From assembly GCA_964553245.1 (NCBI GenBank), contig CAZKJM010000001.1, positions 209,806 to 273,805 on the forward strand: a stretch of 64,000 bases of DNA, read 5' to 3'. Positions 9,831 through 19,177 of the stretch are shown in pieces. The DNA comes from an uncultured Gammaproteobacteria bacterium (GTDB lineage Bacteria > Patescibacteriota > Microgenomatia > Levybacterales > UBA12049). Below the pieces are notes generated by a model. That model saw only the letters and a list, made by a program, of their open reading frames with translations, had not been told where the DNA came from and searched no databases. A program made the position numbers and the translations under genes. Positions within the stretch are counted from its first letter, which is position 1, and each line of letters opens with the position of its first letter.

Positions 9831-11057
9831 TTAAAAAGTGTAATTTATGTGTAAATAAAAAGTTTCGAATCCTTCGTCACTTATAACCCTTACATATCTA
9901 AGTCTACATCCTCCTGAGCCAGAATAACTTCCCTGATATAGCTTTCCGCTTTTTACCGCTTTAACGTCCAAAGAGGACCCTTCTATGTCTATACCATTAT
10001 GAAAATTATATATTTGACTAACCCAAGTATATTTAGTTGCCCAAGTCGATCCGTAACCCTGATTAAGCCGTATCCTAGGATCCATCGGCCAATTCCAACT
10101 ACCAGAAGGGTTAAAAGGATCTGCGTCTGCGCTTCCACAAGATGACCCAGAACAGTTTTCATAATCTACCGATTTTAAATAATTAAACGGGTTTTGCACC
10201 GAACCGTCTTTACTAATCATAAAATGGAGATGCGTCCCGCCTGAGTTACATGAAGTCCCTGATATCACTGTTGCAATTTTTTGTCCCTCGCTAACCATTC
10301 CCACTTCTTCTTCCTGTCCCTTACCGGCAACAATTCCTTGAATTGCTTCATATTCCGCTCTTGCCTGAGCTAAAAGATTCTGATAAGTTTGTTCATCATT
10401 TCTGGTAACTGTTAGTAATTGATCTTTAACTGCCTTTTCCGTAGCTAACTGCTGTGTGTATGTTTCTAATTCTTTTTTTAAAGCTTCTATCTTTGCTTTT
10501 TTTTCTTCAAAAATATCTTTTTGATTTGCGTAATCGACTTTTGCCTGTTCGGTTTCGTAAATAAGCCTTTTATCGTGAGTTTGAGCGATTTTTAAGTAAT
10601 TAAGTTTTGTAAAAAAGTTGGATGCATTATTCGAAGACAACAAAACATAAAATGGCTGGACTGTTCCAACCTCATAAGTTGCAACAATCCTATTTAATAA
10701 AACCTTTGTTAAATCATCTAACGATTGCTCTAGGGTGCCAATTTTTTTTGTAGTAGTATCTATGTCTACCTCTAGATTTAATATTTGTTCTTTATTTGCT
10801 TCTATTCTGTATTCTGTTAATTTTATCTGATTATCCATTACCGCGATTTGAGATGAAAGAGTTTTTTCCTGACTTTGAAGCTCGTTTACTTTATTCTGTA
10901 GCTCATTTATTCTTTTTTCTAATTCAGATGCATTAGAAGATACCTTTGTTGTTGTGGTAGTGGATTCCTCTGCGAAACTAAAATATTTTCCCGTTGTAAA
11001 TACAATTATTAGTAAAACTAATGTAAATAAAAAAGTCTTTTTTATCCTTAAAATCAT
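9831..11057 (-). CDS. coiled-coil M23 (LytM-type) peptidoglycan metallopeptidase, EnvC-like FtsEX partner, with apparently circularly permuted M23 domain
   Basis: Signal/TM; long coiled coil; then GQKIATVISGTSCNSGGTHLHFMISKDGSVQNPFNYL (M23 C-terminal half with HxH); Gly/Ser linker; then WNWP...FHNGIDIEG...AVKSGKL...ETFYLHINY (M23 N-terminal half with HxxxD). Follows ftsE-ftsX. Confidence 0.75.
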   Translation of the reverse strand: MILRIKKTFLFTLVLLIIVFTTGKYFSFAEESTTTTTKVSSNASELEKRINELQNKVNELQSQEKTLSSQIAVMDNQIKLTEYRIEANKEQILNLEVDIDTTTKKIGTLEQSLDDLTKVLLNRIVATYEVGTVQPFYVLLSSNNASNFFTKLNYLKIAQTHDKRLIYETEQAKVDYANQKDIFEEKKAKIEALKKELETYTQQLATEKAVKDQLLTVTRNDEQTYQNLLAQARAEYEAIQGIVAGKGQEEEVGMVSEGQKIATVISGTSCNSGGTHLHFMISKDGSVQNPFNYLKSVDYENCSGSSCGSADADPFNPSGSWNWPMDPRIRLNQGYGSTWATKYTWVSQIYNFHNGIDIEGSSLDVKAVKSGKLYQGSYSGSGGCRLRYVRVISDEGFETFYLHINYTF

Positions 11058-11067
11058 AAACCATAAA

Positions 11068-11934
11068 TTATTTTAAATATCTCAAGACTGCTAGAAAACT
11101 TGATACAGCACCAAAGATTAATGCCATTATTATCTCCATAAATAAAAGAATAAATACAGGAAGTGGTGTTACTGGAAACACTTCTATCCCTTTAAAAAAT
11201 TCTGTTAAAACCGGCATAGATGAAAATACTGCTAATGATGCAATTCCCCAACCAATAAATGCCCCAATTATCCCATAGAACATCCCTTCAAGAATAAAAG
11301 GCCAGCGGATATGCCAGTTAGTTGCACCTATTAGCTTCATTATTTCTATGTCTTCTTTTTTTTGAGAAATTTTTATACCTATTATTGTTACCATAATAAA
11401 TATCGACACTAAAGACAAAATCACGATTAAGCCAATTCCAATTCCTCTTATTGCGTTTGTCCAAGATGTTAAAGTCGAAATTACATCTTTTTGATATACA
11501 ACTTCTTGGACAATAGATGATGATTTAAGTGTATCCGAAATTACCTGCAAGTCCTCTATATTGTATGTTGATATCTCAAGAGACGCAGGCAGTACATCAG
11601 CTGTTACTAAATCCAAAAGCAACGGATCATTTTTGTTTTGTTCACGATATATTGCCAATGCATCTTCCTTAGAAACGAACTTTATAGACGCTACTTTTTC
11701 GTTTGCGCGCACTTGATTTTCCAGATTATTCACATCTTCTTGCTTCGCTTCGTTTTTAAAAAAAGCGGTAACTTGTGGTTTTGATTCAAGAAAATTTATT
11801 ATTTTGTGCGAGCCAAATAAAATAAAGGTGAAAAAAGAAATCACCAAAAAAGTTAAAGCCATTATCAGGACTGCAGCCATTGCCTGATACGGTGATCTTC
11901 TTATATTTTTCCAGGTTGTCTTAGTGTGTTTCAT
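11068..11934 (-). CDS. ftsX: cell division permease-like protein FtsX
   Basis: 288 aa; 4 TM helices with large extracellular loop between TM1 and TM2; immediately downstream of ftsE with a 14-nt overlap. Confidence 0.8.
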   Translation of the reverse strand: MKHTKTTWKNIRRSPYQAMAAVLIMALTFLVISFFTFILFGSHKIINFLESKPQVTAFFKNEAKQEDVNNLENQVRANEKVASIKFVSKEDALAIYREQNKNDPLLLDLVTADVLPASLEISTYNIEDLQVISDTLKSSSIVQEVVYQKDVISTLTSWTNAIRGIGIGLIVILSLVSIFIMVTIIGIKISQKKEDIEIMKLIGATNWHIRWPFILEGMFYGIIGAFIGWGIASLAVFSSMPVLTEFFKGIEVFPVTPLPVFILLFMEIIMALIFGAVSSFLAVLRYLK

Positions 11935-12658
11935 GTTTGTGTTTTTCTACACTAGCCGGTGAACTCACCGAATGCTCCTTTTTTATTTTATCGTGATTCT
12001 TATTGTCGTGCACTATTTTTCCTTTTTCAAGTTTAATTACCCGTTTTGATAAATTTTTAACAATATCCAAATTGTGCGTTGCCATCACAACCGTTGTACC
12101 CTTTTTATTAATTTCGGATAATAAATTTACAATTTCCCAAGAAGTAGCCATATCCAAATTCCCTGTTGGTTCATCGGCTAATAAAATATCTGGGGACAGA
12201 ACCAATGCTCTTGCAATTGCTGCCCTTTGAAGCTCGCCACCGGATAGTTGTACAGGAAATTTTTCTTTATGCGCAGTCAATCCAACTTGAGCCAATACAT
12301 CTTCAACAATCTTTTTTGCTTCTACAGAATCCATATCGGAAACCTCCAAGGGAAGCATTATGTTTTCAAAAATTGTCCTATCTTGCAAAAGTTTTAAATC
12401 CTGAAAAACAACCCCGACTTTTTTTCTAAGATGTGGGATTTTTGCGTTCGGTAGTTTTACAACATCCCAATCGTCAACGATAATTACCCCCTCTGTCGGA
12501 AGCATTTCTCTTATTAATAAACGAAAAATCGTAGTTTTTCCAGCCCCTGTTGTTCCAACAAGAAAAACAAATTCGCCTTTCTCTACAGATAAATCCACCT
12601 CTAGTAAGGCATATTCACCTGTTCTGAATTTTTTGGAAACCTTATTAAGCTTAATCAT
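11921..12658 (-). CDS. ftsE: cell division ABC ATPase FtsE
   Basis: Walker A GTTGAGKTT, ABC signature LSGGELQR, Walker B ILLADEPTGNLD. Confidence 0.85.
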   Translation of the reverse strand: MIKLNKVSKKFRTGEYALLEVDLSVEKGEFVFLVGTTGAGKTTIFRLLIREMLPTEGVIIVDDWDVVKLPNAKIPHLRKKVGVVFQDLKLLQDRTIFENIMLPLEVSDMDSVEAKKIVEDVLAQVGLTAHKEKFPVQLSGGELQRAAIARALVLSPDILLADEPTGNLDMATSWEIVNLLSEINKKGTTVVMATHNLDIVKNLSKRVIKLEKGKIVHDNKNHDKIKKEHSVSSPASVEKHKHETH

Positions 12659-13107
12659 TAAAGGACTTCAATTTTGCCGACATCCATTAGCCAACCAGCT
12701 TTTTGTGCTTTTTGTGTTTGTCCCCAAACTTTTGTTTTTTTACCAACATACTTCGACAAATCAACGATTGATGAGGTTAAATAAACATTTTGACTTTCTC
12801 CACCAGGTCTTTCTAAGTGAAAAGCCCCTTCTCCGTCTATTCCTCCTTCTTTAAGCGTACCTTCTGCAATATCTTTAAAAGAACTCATGTCCGAAGCTCC
12901 TTCCGTTGTTCCTTTTTTAATTGAACCTGATTCTATTGCCTGTTTTATATTTATTCCGCTAACGTTTGATCCTTTTGATCCTAATAAATATCCTGTACCA
13001 ATGCCAATTAAAATAACTACTAAAAATATTATTGTTAATTTGCGTGTAAAAAGCGGTTTGTTTTCTTCGAAATTTTTAATCACAGGTTCATTCTTTTTTT
13101 CCTCCAT
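12658..13107 (-). CDS. membrane-anchored hypothetical protein (single N-terminal TM), first gene of the ftsEX module
   Basis: Start revised to the ATG at 13107, which is preceded by AAGGAGGTGA (SD). The GTG at 13116 in the ORF track lies inside the SD. Stop overlaps the ftsE start. Confidence 0.5.
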   Translation of the reverse strand: MEEKKNEPVIKNFEENKPLFTRKLTIIFLVVILIGIGTGYLLGSKGSNVSGINIKQAIESGSIKKGTTEGASDMSSFKDIAEGTLKEGGIDGEGAFHLERPGGESQNVYLTSSIVDLSKYVGKKTKVWGQTQKAQKAGWLMDVGKIEVL

Positions 13108-13161
13108 TAAAATCACCTCCTTTGTCTAGTTAACCATATTTTGCCGTTTTTATCAACAGAT

Positions 13162-14193
13162 CTAAAAATATCGAAGCTCTTCTTCAATAAGCAAATCCAA
13201 ATCTCCATCCAGAACTGCTTCTGTATTTGAGGTCTCATAATTTGTCCTAAGATCCTTCACCATATGATAAGGATGTAAGACATATGATCTAATTTGATTT
13301 CCCCATCCAGGAGTTTTATAACCGCCTTTTAATTCTTCTTCTTTTTTCTTTTTTTCCTCTTCTTGTAAAATCCACAATTTTGCTTTTAACATCTTTAAAG
13401 CATACTCTCTGTTTTTTCCTTGATAACGTTCGCTTTGTGCTGTTACAATAATTCCTGATGGTTTATGTTTTAACCTAACAGCTGTTGATACCTTATTAAC
13501 ATTTTGACCACCATGTCCTCCTGCTCTAAAAAAATCCCATTCTAAATCATCTTCTTTAATCTCCAAGTCAAAATCTTCATTTACTTCAGGCAATACCTCT
13601 ACTAAGGCAAATGATGTTTGTCTTAAATTATCGGCATTAAAGGGGGATTGTCTAACCAATCTATGAACTCCTGCTTCTTTTTTTAAATATCCATAAGCAT
13701 ATTGTCCACATACCTCAATAACAACACTTTTAATACCAGCTTCTTCCCCAAATGACTGTTCAATTATTTCATATTCCCAGCCTTTTCTTTCAAAAAAACG
13801 CGTGTACATTCTAAAAAGCATCTTCGCCCAATCCATTGCCTCAACCCCTCCCTGTCCTGAATGAATTGATAAAATTGCATTACCTTTGTCAAATGGTCCT
13901 GAAAAATATAGTAATGTTTCCAGCTCTTTTAAAATTATATCTGCCTCTTTTTGATTACCCAAGATTGATAATTCCTTCAACTTTTCGCATTTTTCAATCT
14001 CTTCCTGAAGAATAGATAATTCCTTCATTTTATCTGCTGCTCTTTTGTGATCTTGCCAAAATTCAGGATGGGAACTTTCCGCTTCTATATCACGGATTAA
14101 TTTTCTTTTTTGATCGATATTAAGATTTTTTAGTAATTTGTCTATGCGCTCTTTTAGATTTTCCATATTATTTTCCAGCGAGTATTGTAGCAA
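13162..14193 (-). CDS. prfB: peptide chain release factor 2
   Basis: SPF tripeptide (RQSPFNADN) and GGQ motif ([11 protein letters not shown]); continuous ORF. Start may be the internal MENLKERID at about 14166, which would avoid overlap with the upstream gene. Confidence 0.85.
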   Translation of the reverse strand: MLQYSLENNMENLKERIDKLLKNLNIDQKRKLIRDIEAESSHPEFWQDHKRAADKMKELSILQEEIEKCEKLKELSILGNQKEADIILKELETLLYFSGPFDKGNAILSIHSGQGGVEAMDWAKMLFRMYTRFFERKGWEYEIIEQSFGEEAGIKSVVIEVCGQYAYGYLKKEAGVHRLVRQSPFNADNLRQTSFALVEVLPEVNEDFDLEIKEDDLEWDFFRAGGHGGQNVNKVSTAVRLKHKPSGIIVTAQSERYQGKNREYALKMLKAKLWILQEEEKKKKEEELKGGYKTPGWGNQIRSYVLHPYHMVKDLRTNYETSNTEAVLDGDLDLLIEEELRYF

Positions 14194-15475
14194 ACATTAC
14201 AATAGAAGAAAAAATCATTACAATAAAAGTTAACCAAACAAGCGCTTTTGATAATTTTCCCGATTTATATTCACCCATTATTTTTTCGCTTGACGAAATT
14301 TTTGCAATTAAGAATATTAACGGAACCGCAGTAACTCCGTTAAATACTGCAGTAAAAATCAAAGCGTCCATAGGATTAAAATTAAGAAAATTAATCAATA
14401 AACCGATTATTGTAGCAATAATTATTACTCCATAAAATCCGTGTGCTTTTTTAAACTTTTGACTAAAACCCTCTTTCCATTTAAAAGCTTCGGAAATTGC
14501 GTAAGAAGCAGAACCTGCTAAAACAGGGATTGCTAAAAGTCCTATTCCGACAATCCCGGAGGCAAAAATAGTTTTTGCCAAAAAACCGGAATTAGGAAAT
14601 GTTGATACTAGCGGTTCTAAAGCGCTAGCTGCATCTGCTGCGCTTTTTATCTCCGTTATACCGTTTTTATTAAGCACAGATGCTGTTGTAATAATAATAA
14701 ACCAGGTGATTATGTTTGAAAAAAGCATTCCGAAAGCATTATCTATTCTTAAATTTTTAATGAAATATCTACTAATCTTAGGTTTTCCACCGGTTTGAGG
14801 TAGCCTATCCTGCTCTATTTCTTCTTCTACCTCTTCTGAAGCTTGCCAAAAAAACATATATGGAGAAATTGTTGTTCCAAGCAAACCTGTTAATAAAAAG
14901 AAAAATCCGGAATTAAATTCTATATTTGGAACAAAAGTAGCTCTTAACACTTCCGACCAATTTTGTCCTACTATAATAGCGGTAGTTGGATAAACAAGAA
15001 GGGTTAATGATAAATATTTTAAAATTTTTGCATATATTTTATAAGATGCAAATACCTCCAAAAAAAGCATAAAAAGAATAAAAAACAATGCGATAACTAT
15101 TCCTGGAGTAGGAAACATTAATTCAATCGATGCTATCATTGCACCAATGTCTGCACCGATATTAATTGTATTTGCTAAGACAACTAAAAAAACAACGGCA
15201 AATAAAATTGTTTTACTATAATTTTTTCTCGCTACTGCGGCAATTCCCTTTCCTGTTACGGCTCCTATTCTTGCACAAGCCTCCTGAACCGCTACCATGA
15301 GCGGGTACATTAAGATTATCGTCCAAAGCTGACCATATCCAAATTTAGCACCTGCTTGAGAATAAGTTGCAATTCCCGATGGATCATCATCTGCTGCTCC
15401 TGTTATAAGCCCAGGACCGATAATTCTTAAAAAACGATTAAACTTATGTTTTATTTTTTTTTGTATTTCTTCCAT
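14168..15475 (-). CDS. mntH: NRAMP-family divalent metal (Mn2+/Fe2+) transporter
   Basis: [23 protein letters not shown] (NRAMP DPGN-type motif); about 11 TM helices; 435 aa. Confidence 0.8.
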   Translation of the reverse strand: MEEIQKKIKHKFNRFLRIIGPGLITGAADDDPSGIATYSQAGAKFGYGQLWTIILMYPLMVAVQEACARIGAVTGKGIAAVARKNYSKTILFAVVFLVVLANTINIGADIGAMIASIELMFPTPGIVIALFFILFMLFLEVFASYKIYAKILKYLSLTLLVYPTTAIIVGQNWSEVLRATFVPNIEFNSGFFFLLTGLLGTTISPYMFFWQASEEVEEEIEQDRLPQTGGKPKISRYFIKNLRIDNAFGMLFSNIITWFIIITTASVLNKNGITEIKSAADAASALEPLVSTFPNSGFLAKTIFASGIVGIGLLAIPVLAGSASYAISEAFKWKEGFSQKFKKAHGFYGVIIIATIIGLLINFLNFNPMDALIFTAVFNGVTAVPLIFLIAKISSSEKIMGEYKSGKLSKALVWLTFIVMIFSSIVMFATILAGK

Positions 15476-15889
15476 TTATAAGCTATCACAAATTTCTTGA
15501 CAGATTCCCTTGGCTTGATCGCTTGGATATTTTTCCAATTCCTTAATATCATTTATTACTTTTTGTACCTGAGGCGAAGAAGAAGCAATTTCTGCAATAT
15601 TTATAGAACTTGCTTCTTTTGTAATTTCTTCAATTTTTTCACCCAAAACTTCTTTTATATTTTGTATCTCTTTTTCGGCTTCCATCCCTTTTACAGATTG
15701 CTTTATAGAAAGCCCAGTTTCCTTTTTGGTGGTATCTTTTGTATTCAACATTCCCGTAAAAACAACTAAGCCTATTAACAAAAGCACTATTGCAACAATT
15801 GTAATTGCGATCTTTTTTTTATCCCAAACCTCTTCTACCTTTGCTTCTTTCATTAAATTAATTGTAGGTAAATAAAAAGCCTTTTGCAA
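15476..15889 (-). CDS. membrane-anchored hypothetical protein
   Basis: 137 aa; one TM helix; stop directly abuts mntH start. Confidence 0.45.
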   Translation of the reverse strand: MQKAFYLPTINLMKEAKVEEVWDKKKIAITIVAIVLLLIGLVVFTGMLNTKDTTKKETGLSIKQSVKGMEAEKEIQNIKEVLGEKIEEITKEASSINIAEIASSSPQVQKVINDIKELEKYPSDQAKGICQEICDSL

Positions 15890-15944
15890 ACTAGTTCCTA
15901 TTTGCTGCTTTATACTTTATGTTTTATATTTTATACTAAAATAC

Positions 15945-16721
15945 ATGAGTTATCTTCAAGCTCTAATCCTATCTATTGTTGAAGGAATTACAGAATTTCT
16001 TCCGATATCATCAACGGGTCACTTAATTCTTGCCTCAGAATTTTTAAAAATAAAGCAGACTGATTTTGTTAAAGGCTTTGAAATAATTACCCAGCTTGGG
16101 GCAATATTGGCTATTGTTTTTTTATATTGGAAAACTTTAATTGCAAATAAAGAAATTTGGAAAAAAATATTGGTCTCTTTTATCCCAACCGGAATTCTAG
16201 GCTTTATTTTTTACAAAATTGTAAAAACTTTTTTACTTGGGAATACTTACGTAACCTTATCTTCACTTTTTATAGGAGGAATAATTTTAATTATTCTTGA
16301 GTTAATACATAAAGAAAAAGATTGCCATATAGAAAAGATTGAATCTATGAGCTTTAAAAATGCCTTTTTAATCGGGATTTTTCAATCAACCGCTATGATT
16401 CCGGGTGTTTCTAGATCAGCAGCTACAATAATCGGGGCACTTTTTTTAGGAACCAAAAGAAAAACAGCAGTTGAATTTTCTTTTATACTAGCTGTCCCAA
16501 CAATGCTTGCAGCTACAATTTTAGATATTTACAAAAGTGATTTTTTTTCATTTGCTAATTATGAATATATTTCATTAACAATAGGCTTTATTGGATCATT
16601 TATTGTGGCGATTTTTGCTGTCAAATTTCTTTTAAAGTTCATAAAAACAAATACTTTTATTCCTTTTGGTGTTTATAGAATCATTCTTGCGTTTCTTTTT
16701 TGGCTCTTTATTATTAAATGA
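15945..16721 (+). CDS. uppP: undecaprenyl-diphosphate phosphatase
   Basis: LQALILSIVEGITEFLPISSTGHLIL and PGVSRSAATI motifs of BacA/UppP; 258 aa. Confidence 0.85.
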   Translation: MSYLQALILSIVEGITEFLPISSTGHLILASEFLKIKQTDFVKGFEIITQLGAILAIVFLYWKTLIANKEIWKKILVSFIPTGILGFIFYKIVKTFLLGNTYVTLSSLFIGGIILIILELIHKEKDCHIEKIESMSFKNAFLIGIFQSTAMIPGVSRSAATIIGALFLGTKRKTAVEFSFILAVPTMLAATILDIYKSDFFSFANYEYISLTIGFIGSFIVAIFAVKFLLKFIKTNTFIPFGVYRIILAFLFWLFIIK

Positions 16722-17020
16722 AGATTTTTGAAAAAGTTTACAACATTGTCTCCAATATTCCAAAAGGTAAAGTTGCAACTTACGGACTAATTGCAAAAAA
16801 AATAAATATAAATAATCCAAAAGTAGTCGGATTTGCTCTTCACCGGAATATGAACCCCAATAAAATTCCCTGCCATAGAGTAGTTTATTCAACCGGAAAA
16901 TTGTCATCGGGTTATGCTTTTGGAGGAGTAAAAAAACAGAAAGAAAAATTAAAACAAGAAGGAGTTTTTTTTATAGGAAAGGGCCTTGTAAATTTAAAAA
17001 GATCATTAATTGATTTTTAA
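16718..17020 (+). CDS. MGMT-family protein (methylated-DNA-protein-cysteine methyltransferase DNA-binding/active-site domain only)
   Basis: 100 aa; PCHRVV active-site motif; ATYGLIA start; overlaps uppP stop (ATGA). Confidence 0.7.
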   Translation: MKIFEKVYNIVSNIPKGKVATYGLIAKKININNPKVVGFALHRNMNPNKIPCHRVVYSTGKLSSGYAFGGVKKQKEKLKQEGVFFIGKGLVNLKRSLIDF

Positions 17021-17055
17021 TGTTTTAACTGCTATATTAAAAATCTGCCATAGCT

Positions 17056-17928
17056 ATGCCACCAGAAAGACAACCCGCCGTAATATTAACAGACACGGCA
17101 AGTGATCTTCCCCAAGAAGTTGCACTAAGAGAAAATGTAAATTTAATAACAGTTCCTACTTTATTTAAAGGAGAACTTGTACCATCGACTAAGAAATTAC
17201 TTGAAATTATGCTTACTCAAAAAGATGAAATAAAAAATGACGGAAATGGTATTTTAACCACTTCTGCTCCCAGTCCTGGCGACTTCATTAAAACATACAA
17301 GGCATTACCCGGGAAAAGAATAATCTCAATTCATATAGGTAGCGAGTATAGTGGAACATATGACAGTTCGCTCGTTGCTACTCGCGAATTAAGTGAAAAA
17401 GAGGATGGTTATGAAATAGCAAACTTTGATACAGGAACTGTTTCTATGGCAGTTGGGTTTTTGGCGATAGAAGCTGTAAAAAACTCTCATAAAACAAACG
17501 ATGAAATTGTCAATCTTTTGGTAAGTATGAAAGACAGAATTATAACTGTATGTACGTTGAATACCTTACAATTCGCACAATCTGGCGGAAGAGTCGTTCG
17601 ATTCGCAGGGGACATATTAGGTGTCAAACCCATTCTTAATATAAGCCGCAATAGACCAAGGGAATCTTTGGTAACCGAAAAGACAAGGGGTAGAAAAAAA
17701 TCTGTCGAAAAATTAATCGATATCGTTAAGAAACAAACGCCTCTTGAAAAAGTAGCTATAATTCATGTTGATGCAGAAAAAGAGGCAGAACAATTAGCTA
17801 ATGAAATTACCGCTTTCTATGAAGGGGATATTGTATTAACAGAGGCAGGTGCGGCAATAGCAAGACATGGTGGTCCGGGGGTTCTGGGAATTTGTGCAAT
17901 TAAAGAAAAGCCGGATAAATTAACTTAG
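17056..17928 (+). CDS. DegV family fatty-acid-binding protein
   Basis: 290 aa; AVILTDTASDLP N-terminus and overall DegV/EDD-fold layout. Confidence 0.7.
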   Translation: MPPERQPAVILTDTASDLPQEVALRENVNLITVPTLFKGELVPSTKKLLEIMLTQKDEIKNDGNGILTTSAPSPGDFIKTYKALPGKRIISIHIGSEYSGTYDSSLVATRELSEKEDGYEIANFDTGTVSMAVGFLAIEAVKNSHKTNDEIVNLLVSMKDRIITVCTLNTLQFAQSGGRVVRFAGDILGVKPILNISRNRPRESLVTEKTRGRKKSVEKLIDIVKKQTPLEKVAIIHVDAEKEAEQLANEITAFYEGDIVLTEAGAAIARHGGPGVLGICAIKEKPDKLT

Positions 17929-18249
17929 TTTTTTTGCCTTTTGTATATCCTTAAAAAATTCCTTTATTAAAGATTGTGTTGAGTTTTTAATTTTTTCTTC
18001 TATATTCTCAATCCTATCTTTAAGGTGATTCCATGTTTTTCGATGATCATTTTTATGAAAATTTTGTAAAAACTCTTTTTTGTCTTCTTCTTTTAACTCT
18101 GATAAAACTTTATCTAAAATACTATGGTGGATGTTTGATTCTATTAATGAAATTAGCTCCCTTCTTTCTTCTTTTGAAAGATTCATATTTCCAAGCTCTA
18201 AGCTTATGCTTGATGTTTCTACAAATTTTGAATAAAAATGTTTTGTCAT
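17920..18249 (-). CDS. hypothetical protein
   Basis: 109 aa, charged/helical, no recognisable motif. Confidence 0.35.
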   Translation of the reverse strand: MTKHFYSKFVETSSISLELGNMNLSKEERRELISLIESNIHHSILDKVLSELKEEDKKEFLQNFHKNDHRKTWNHLKDRIENIEEKIKNSTQSLIKEFFKDIQKAKKLS

Positions 18250-18252
18250 GAT

Positions 18253-19146
18253 TTAATTATAATTAATTGGTCCTAATTTTATCTTATCATCCGGGTCGTC
18301 AATAAAATAATATAAAACTGTACCCACCTGTCTTCCATCAACTCTTTCGAGATATTTCATTACTTCGGGAGATCCACCCAAGTGTTTTCCTGTCCATTTT
18401 GCAGGACCCGCATCTCCGATTACAACCACCATTGCTTTACCATTTTGAGGATTAACGACAAGCATTTTTCTAAATTTAAAAAAATCAACGTATTCTTTTG
18501 GGTTATTGCTAAAGCCTGGAGCTAAAAATGTCTGAGTGGCAATATAATACTTTTCTCTTAAAGTATCTTTTTCCGTTAAGTCCGCATTTGGTTCTTTAAA
18601 ATACCCCCATGCTCCAAGTCCTGGCGCCATACCATAAGACCAGTATTTTTGGGCATCTTCCTCGTTTTGAAAATGAGTTGCCATAGTGTCTCCTGGAAAT
18701 CTTGCTAAATGTTGTTCCTGTCCTATTTTCCCGTAAACTGTATTTAATCTTATTCCCCTTAATTCCGGCGATAATTTCATCTTAAAATTGCGGGATAAAA
18801 TTTCTTCTATTTGTTTTTCTTCATTAGAAGTTAAGAATCTAAATTCTTTTGGTAAAAGTTGATAAAGATCGGAAACTAAAAAAACACTTTTATCTACTTC
18901 TTTTATTTTTTCCGTCGCAGCTGCATTTGGGATATGCCTTAAAAGTATTGGTGTTGTAAAAAGAAAAAAACCAACCAAAGATGATAACGCAACTTGTTTG
19001 GAGTTATTAAAAAACCATTCAAACGTACTTTTATGCTCGTTAAGAATCTTTTCCTGAAGATCTCTGCTTTGTTTTGACCATTTATTTCTTAAATGCTCAA
19101 AATGCGGTTTCTTAGGTGTACTTTTCCAAAGCTTTGTTAAATCCAT
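18253..19146 (-). CDS. membrane-anchored protein with C-terminal RlpA-like double-psi beta-barrel domain (putative lytic transglycosylase-like)
   Basis: One TM helix; C-terminal RKMLVVNPQNGKAMVVVIGDAGPA resembles the RlpA DPBB core (TKVRVTNLNNGRSVVVRINDRGPF). Confidence 0.4.
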   Translation of the reverse strand: MDLTKLWKSTPKKPHFEHLRNKWSKQSRDLQEKILNEHKSTFEWFFNNSKQVALSSLVGFFLFTTPILLRHIPNAAATEKIKEVDKSVFLVSDLYQLLPKEFRFLTSNEEKQIEEILSRNFKMKLSPELRGIRLNTVYGKIGQEQHLARFPGDTMATHFQNEEDAQKYWSYGMAPGLGAWGYFKEPNADLTEKDTLREKYYIATQTFLAPGFSNNPKEYVDFFKFRKMLVVNPQNGKAMVVVIGDAGPAKWTGKHLGGSPEVMKYLERVDGRQVGTVLYYFIDDPDDKIKLGPINYN

Positions 19147-19177
19147 TGATATCTAAATCTTAACATATTTTAAGTGT

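Noticed and set aside
13162-14193. Looked for the programmed +1 frameshift common in prfB
   Set aside because: The RF2 reading frame is continuous through the N-terminal region ([19 protein letters not shown]) with no in-frame UGA; no frameshift site is present.
16632-16907. Minus-strand 91-aa ORF overlapping uppP/MGMT junction
   Set aside because: Antisense to two supported genes; no independent support.
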